Of a DNA stretch of 64,000 nt, positions 58,841 to 64,000 are shown piece by piece (position 1 is the first letter of the stretch; each line of letters starts with the position of its first letter). This stretch comes from an uncultured Chloroflexia bacterium (GTDB lineage: Bacteria > Chloroflexota > Limnocylindria > Limnocylindrales > CSP1-4). The translations under genes and the position numbers were made by a program. A model generated the notes under the pieces. It did no database searches, was not told where the DNA came from, and worked only from the letters and a program-made list of their open reading frames with translations. The stretch is taken from contig CAVVJT010000007.1 in assembly GCA_963748625.1 (NCBI GenBank), positions 192,001 to 256,000 on the forward strand, read 5' to 3'.

Positions 58841-60220
58841 TCAGCTCGCGAGCTCTCCGAGGACCTGGACGATCGACCGGCGCAGCCGGGCGACCATCTC
58901 GTCGATCTCAGGCTCGGTGACCGTGTACGGCGGCGCCACCGCGATCCAGCTCGGTGCGTAACGGATGAGCATCTGCTGCCGATGGACGCAGTCCTTGCCC
59001 ACCCGCACCCCGAAACCGACCTCCGCCGGGAACGGCTCCATGGTGCTCGCGTCGCGCACGAACTCCACCCCGATCATCAGCCCCCGGCCGCGGATGTCGC
59101 CGATCACGCCCAGGTCGCGCAGGCTCTCGAGCCGCTGCACGAGGTAGCTCCCCCTCGCCGCGCACTGCGCCACGAGGTCCCGCTCCTGGATCTCCTGCAG
59201 CACGGCGATGGCCGCCGCGCACGCGACAGGATTGCCACCATACGTGTGGCCGTCGGCGAACGCCCGCCCGGGGTCCTCCGAGATGAACGCATCCGCCACC
59301 TCGTCGCGGAACGCGACGGCCGACATGGGGATGAACCCTGCCGACAGTCCCTTCCCGGCGCACAGGACGTCGGGGACGAAGCCAAAGGTCTCGCAGCCCC
59401 ACATGTTGCCCGTCCGGCCGAAGCCCGTGGCGACCTCGTCGAGGATGATCATGACGCCGTACCGATCGCAGATCTCGCGGATGATCGGCCAGTACTCCTG
59501 GGGCGGAACCACGTTGCCGGTGGAGAGCTGGATCGGCTCAGCCATGAACGCAGCAACGGTATCGGGACCCTCGTACTGGATGACGGACTCCAGGAACCTG
59601 GCGCAGGCGACACCGCAGTCCGGATAGGTGAGCCCGTACGGGCAGTGCAGGCAGTTCGGTGGCGCGACGTGGCGGAACCCGCCCACCAGGGGCTCGAAGG
59701 GCATCTTCCGGTTGGACATGCCCGTCGCGGCGAGCGCGCCCAGCGTGACCCCGTGGAAGTTGAGGTACCTGGAGATGACGGTCTTCTTGTGCGGGTGACC
59801 GGTCTGGTGGAAGTACTGGCGGACGAGCTTGATGGCCGTTTCCGTTGCCTCCGAGCCGCCGCTGAGGAGCTTGATCGTCGTCAGCCCCTCCGGCATCACC
59901 CTGCCGAGCATCTCGACGTACTCCACCGCCCGCGCGTTGGTGGACAGGATGGGCGAGCAGAACTCAAGCCGCTCGAGCTGGCGTGTGATCGCCTCCGCGA
60001 CCCGCCGGTTGCCGTGGCCCAGGGCGACCACCCAGACGCCGGAGATCCCGTCCAGGTAGCGCTCCCCGCGCACGTCCCAGACCCAGATGCCGTCGCCGCG
60101 CTCGAACACCAGCGGCTGCTGCATGAACTCGTGCATCTGGATGAAGTCCAGCACCATGTGCCGGAGACGCTCGCCCGACAGGTAGTCGTCGGGCGTCCAG
60201 TTGTCCTCGGGCGGGATCAT
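58841..60220 (-). CDS. Class III PLP-dependent aminotransferase
   Basis: SGGSEA, FHG.T, AEPI, DEVATGFGRTG and PD....GKG. Confidence 0.93.
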   Translation of the reverse strand: MIPPEDNWTPDDYLSGERLRHMVLDFIQMHEFMQQPLVFERGDGIWVWDVRGERYLDGISGVWVVALGHGNRRVAEAITRQLERLEFCSPILSTNARAVEYVEMLGRVMPEGLTTIKLLSGGSEATETAIKLVRQYFHQTGHPHKKTVISRYLNFHGVTLGALAATGMSNRKMPFEPLVGGFRHVAPPNCLHCPYGLTYPDCGVACARFLESVIQYEGPDTVAAFMAEPIQLSTGNVVPPQEYWPIIREICDRYGVMIILDEVATGFGRTGNMWGCETFGFVPDVLCAGKGLSAGFIPMSAVAFRDEVADAFISEDPGRAFADGHTYGGNPVACAAAIAVLQEIQERDLVAQCAARGSYLVQRLESLRDLGVIGDIRGRGLMIGVEFVRDASTMEPFPAEVGFGVRVGKDCVHRQQMLIRYAPSWIAVAPPYTVTEPEIDEMVARLRRSIVQVLGELAS

Positions 60221-60324
60221 GGCTCCCTCCAAGAGTGCGGTGGCAGCGACCTGGCCTGCCCGCACCAGCGCCTGCGCCCCCGGCAGGACGTGCCCGCTCG
60301 ATCCTAACGCAGCGCGCGGCCGAT

Positions 60325-60341
60325 TGCTGGATTGTCCTACA
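60325..60341. promoter_or_regulatory. GntR-type operator, copy 8 (without the TTGAC -35)
   Basis: TGCTGGATTGTCCTACA in the divergent aminotransferase/mutarotase region. Confidence 0.72.
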
Positions 60342-60390
60342 CACCGCCACGGCAACCAGCCCGCTGGCAGCCTCGTGTTGCCCGTCGCTC

Positions 60391-60404
60391 TGGCATCGAT
60401 TGCA
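60391..60404. promoter_or_regulatory. LacI-type operator, copy 7
   Basis: TGGCATCGATTGCA, upstream of a TGCTAGGAT extended -10. Confidence 0.55.
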
Positions 60405-60465
60405 GCGACGCTGCTAGGATGTCCCTGCCAAACCCCCGTCGTCTCGCGTCCCGCTGGAGGCCCCG

Positions 60466-61113
60466 ATGGAACGGATCCTGATGTACATCCGCATCTTCCC
60501 GGGCACGGAGGCGGAGTACGACAAGCGGCATGCGGAGATCTGGCCGGAGCTCGTCGCCGAGATCCAGGAGTCCGGTATCCGGAACTTCACCGGATTCCGG
60601 CGGGGCACCGACGTCTGGTACTACGGCGAGTGCCATCCCGACGTCGCCACCGCCTTCGGCGTCCACGGTCCGAAGCCGGCCAACACGCGCTGGAACCACT
60701 TCTTCCGCGACGTGATCGCTGAGATCGCCGACGGGGATGGCAACCTGCTCCGCTACGACCAGGTCTTCCATACGGACGGCCCGCCCCTCGACGGACCCAT
60801 GACCCGCGGCTGCTTCAGCCTGGTGATCGACCCCGAGCGTGCCGGTGACTACGACCGGCTCCACGCGGAGGCGTGGCCCGAGATGCTGGAGGCGATCGCC
60901 GACGCGGGGTTCCGCAACTATGGCGGGTTCCGGCGCGGCGCCCATGTCGTCTACTACGGCGAGTACTACCCGGACATGGCGACCGTGTTCGCCAGGATCG
61001 GGCAGACGGACGTCAACCGCCGCTGGGGCGAGGCGTTCGCCGGGATCATCACCACGATCACGGACAGCGCCGGTGCGCTGCTCACGGCGGACGAGGTCTA
61101 CCACAACGACTGA
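60466..61113 (+). CDS. rhaM: Tandem two-domain L-rhamnose mutarotase-like protein
   Basis: EYDKRHAEIWPE...GIRN...RW and DYDRLHAEAWPE...GFRNY...RW. Confidence 0.8.
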   Translation: MERILMYIRIFPGTEAEYDKRHAEIWPELVAEIQESGIRNFTGFRRGTDVWYYGECHPDVATAFGVHGPKPANTRWNHFFRDVIAEIADGDGNLLRYDQVFHTDGPPLDGPMTRGCFSLVIDPERAGDYDRLHAEAWPEMLEAIADAGFRNYGGFRRGAHVVYYGEYYPDMATVFARIGQTDVNRRWGEAFAGIITTITDSAGALLTADEVYHND

Positions 61114-61114
61114 C

Positions 61115-62537
61115 GTGCGCGACGACCGGCCGCGGCTCGCCGTCGTCCACCCGTACTGGACACTCTGGGAGCACACCGCCGGGCCCTCGTTCCGAGCGGA
61201 CCGGCTCGCCCTCGCGCGACGCGTGGCCGCCTCCCTCGACGATGCCTTCGAGATCGTCGGCGTGGGCGACTTCGCGTCGGCCGCCGAGGCCACCGCACTG
61301 GCCCCGGCCTTCGCCGCGGGCGGTGCCGACGTGGTCCTGGTCCTCCAGACGATGGCGGCGCCGCCCGCCTACGCGCTCGCCCTCCTCGACGCCCTGCCGG
61401 GCGTGCCCGTCGTGATCTGGGCCCTGCACGAGACGGGCCTCGTCGACGGGGGGTTCGACCACGGCGGGATCACCACGCAAGGGGCGACGGTCGGCGCGCC
61501 GATGCTGTCCAACATCCTCGGCCGCCGGGGGCGGCCGTTCGAGATGGTGCTCGGGCGCCTCGGCGAGGCCGCGACGGTGGGACGGGTCCGGGACGCGCTG
61601 CGCCTCGCGGCGGTGGCTCGCCGGATCTCGTGCGCCCGGCTGGGACGGGTCGGCGTGCCGGTCGACGGCTACCTGCACGTCGACGTCGACGACGAGGAGC
61701 TGCGAGCGGGCACCGGGATCGAGGTCGTTCGCATCGATCCCGCGGAGCTGGTGGAGCGGTACCTCGCCGTCGACGACGCGCGGGTCCGTGCGCTGGACGC
61801 CGAGGTCCGGGCTGGCTGGGTTCTCGAGGACGACGTCGATGCCGGGGAGAGCCTGGTCCGCTCGCTGCGGGCCGCCGTGATGCTCGAGGATCTCGTCGCG
61901 GACCACCGGCTCGACGCAGGTGCGTTCAACTGCCACGTGCCCCAGTTCCGGTTCGGCGAGCCCATCGGCATCGCGCCGTGCTGGGCCCTGGGCCGGTCCA
62001 CGTCGGCCGGCGTGCCCTGGACGTGCACCGGCGACATCCTCACCGCGGTCGCGATGCTCACGACCAAGCGCCTCGGCGGCGCCGCCGTGTACCACGAGAT
62101 CGAGGCCATCGACTACGCGACCGGGGAGGTGGTGATCGCCAACAGCGGCGAGCACGACCTCGCCTGGCTGGCGCCCGGGCGAGCGGCCGCGCATGCGGCG
62201 CAACGGGTGGTTCTGCGGCAAGGACCCGCACTGCGGCGTGTGCGCCGTGTTCGAGCCGCCGGCCGGTCCGGCGACCCTGGTCGGGTTCACGCCGCACCCT
62301 GATGCGCGCGGCGGTTTCCGGCTGGTGGCCGCCCGCGGCACGCTCACCGAGCGAGGCTTCCCCGAGACCGGGACCGTCAACGGGGCGTTCCGCTTCCTCG
62401 ACGGTCCGGTCGAGGAGGCGTGGGCCCGCTGGGCGAGCGCCGGCGTCAACCATCACAGCTCCGCCACGCCCGGGGACCTTGCCACGGACGTGACGGCCAT
62501 CGCACGGCACCTCGGGATCGAGGCGGTGGTCATCTGA
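61115..62537 (+). CDS. L-fucose/L-arabinose isomerase-like protein, frameshift near 62180
   Basis: PVVIWA, DAGAFNCH, CTGD and NSGE; the second frame ends W...GVNHH. Confidence 0.72.
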
Positions 62538-62538
62538 C

Positions 62539-62570
62539 GGCACTGCTGGGGCGGCCCGCCCAGCAGTGCC
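62539..62570. terminator. Hairpin between convergent genes
   Basis: GGCACTGCTGGG-N8-CCCAGCAGTGCC. Confidence 0.65.
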
Positions 62571-62582
62571 AGTGCGCTGAGG

Positions 62583-63029
62583 TCAGCCGCGGACGCGCCG
62601 CCACGAGAGGATCTGCGTCCCCACGCGCCCACGTACCGCGAACGGGTCTGCGCTCAGCGTCAGCTCGTTGCCGTCCTCGCTCAGTGTCACGTGCCGGCGT
62701 TGCGAGGTCCCGACCCAGTTCGGGTAGAGGCTCATCGTGACGTCGTGGACGACGTCGGTCCCCTCGATCCGGAACGTGCCCGAGTAGGCGATGAACGTGG
62801 CGTGGCCTCAAGGCGTTGCTCGACCAGGCCCGCCCTGCATGTCGGTGCTGTCGATCGGCGGACGAGCCGCCTGGCCGATCGTGGTGATCATCGTCCCGTC
62901 GGACGTGTAGACGACCACGCCTTCGGGGTGCTCGCCCATCGGCAGCTGCACGCCGTCCTCCCCGGGGGACGTCCACGTCACGAGCCGCCACGTGCCGGTG
63001 AGGTCGGACGCGGCCAGCGCCCGGCTCAC
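62583..63029 (-). CDS. Lipocalin-like domain protein, frameshift near 62815
   Basis: LTGTWRLV...P.G...YT.DG.M, then in a shifted frame FIAYSGTF...H.V..SLYPNWVG..QRR. Confidence 0.75.
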
Positions 63030-64000
63030 GCCGGCACCGGGGCATCTTCGCGAAGCAGGCCCTCGTGCTTGAGCTCCGCCCAGAGGTCGGCCGGGATCGG
63101 GTGGGTGAACGTCGCGATGTTCCGCTCCAGCTGCGCCGGGCTTGACGCCCCCGGGATCACCGACGCGACGGCCGGATGACCGAGCGGGAACTGGAGCGCG
63201 GCAGCCGCGAGCGGAACGTCGTGGCGCCGGCACACGGCCTCGATCGCCCCCACCTTGGCCTGCACGTCGGCGGGCGCCGCCGCGTAGTTGTATTTGGCAC
63301 CGGGCCCGGGCCCCGTGGCGAGGATCCCGGACTGGAACGGCGACCCGATGATGAACGCGCAGCCGCGGGCGACGGCCGCCGGGAACTCGTCGTCAAGAAC
63401 CTCCTGATGCAGGAGGGTGTACGGCATGGCAACCAGGAAATAGTCGACATCGACAAGGTCCAGGAACCGCGGGATGTGGTCCCGAACGTTGATGCCGGCG
63501 CCAACGCCCCGGATCAGGCCGGACGCCTTCAGCTCCTCGATCGCGCGCCAGCCCGAGGCCGCCAGCTGGCCGAAGTACCAGTCGCGCTTCAGCCCCACCC
63601 CGTGGTACCAGTTGTCGAGATCGTGGATGGTCGCAAGGTCGTAGCGCCGGATCCCCAGCCGGTGCTGGCTCTGCTCGTAGGAGCGCATGATCCCGTCGTA
63701 CGAGTAGTCGAAGACGACATCCATCTCGAGGCCGCCGGCCCAGGGAGCGCGATCGAAGGTGCTGCCCCTGGGGGCGCGCAGGAAGCGCCCGATCTTCGTC
63801 GAAAGCACGAACTCGTCCCTCGGCCGGCCGCGCAGCCCGGACCCGGTCCGCAGCTCCGACAGTCCCCGGCCATACCAGGGTGCGGTGTCGAAGTAGCGGA
63901 TGCCGTGCTCCCACGCCGCGCAGACCGTCCCCACGGCCTCGGCCTCGCCGACGACGTGTGTCAGCTCGCCGATCGAGGCGCCCCCGAAGCCGAGCTGGGT
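63026..64000 (-). CDS. Aldo/keto reductase (D-threo-aldose/L-fucose dehydrogenase-like); 5' end outside the window
   Basis: LGFGGA, YFDTAPWYG.GLSE, STKIGR, FDYSYDG and AALQFPL. Confidence 0.88.
   Translation of the reverse strand, partial: TQLGFGGASIGELTHVVGEAEAVGTVCAAWEHGIRYFDTAPWYGRGLSELRTGSGLRGRPRDEFVLSTKIGRFLRAPRGSTFDRAPWAGGLEMDVVFDYSYDGIMRSYEQSQHRLGIRRYDLATIHDLDNWYHGVGLKRDWYFGQLAASGWRAIEELKASGLIRGVGAGINVRDHIPRFLDLVDVDYFLVAMPYTLLHQEVLDDEFPAAVARGCAFIIGSPFQSGILATGPGPGAKYNYAAAPADVQAKVGAIEAVCRRHDVPLAAAALQFPLGHPAVASVIPGASSPAQLERNIATFTHPIPADLWAELKHEGLLREDAPVPA

Noticed and set aside
13013-60355. Recurrent peptides LPDCPTV / CRTIWQ / CRTIQQ in several listed ORFs
   Set aside because: They are translations of the DNA operator in spurious ORFs or ORF extensions, not a protein motif.
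1-64000. Many long antisense or alternate-frame ORFs (e.g. 26047-28263 minus, 57935-60307 plus, 9273-11054 plus, 13915-15750 minus)
   Set aside because: They are shadows of real genes in high-GC DNA, Arg/Pro/Gly-rich and without family motifs.

Overview
High-GC bacterial DNA. The gene style (Ala/Pro-linker substrate-binding proteins, GTG starts) would fit Chloroflexota or Actinomycetota, which is inference only. Bases 1-12.9 kb hold ordinary accessory genes: a peptide ABC transporter, NUDIX, alpha/beta and CocE hydrolases, DUF3307, a FOXRED2-like flavoprotein with a cNMP-binding partner, and an MFS transporter. From about 12.95 kb to the window end (over 51 kb) lies one coherent catabolic island. 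It encodes two sugar ABC transporters, many dehydrogenases, lactonases and amidohydrolases, a B12-binding corrinoid protein with four UroD/MtaA-fold proteins, and two TPP-dependent E1 enzymes with three stand-alone lipoyl domains and a lipoyl-less E2 but no E3. It also encodes a non-canonical transaldolase, CitE/MaoC/FAH enzymes, an apionate-lactonase-like protein, a tandem RhaM and two paralogous Cys-motif proteins of unknown function. Two recurrent non-coding motifs tie the island together: an 8-copy promoter-embedded GntR-type operator (TTGACN-N16-TACAGT containing TGYYRGA-TTG-TCCTACA) and a 7-copy LacI-type palindrome (TGSNWNCGWTTSCA). About eight genes have single frameshifts, most likely assembly indels. 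No rRNA, tRNA, CRISPR array or transposase was recognised.
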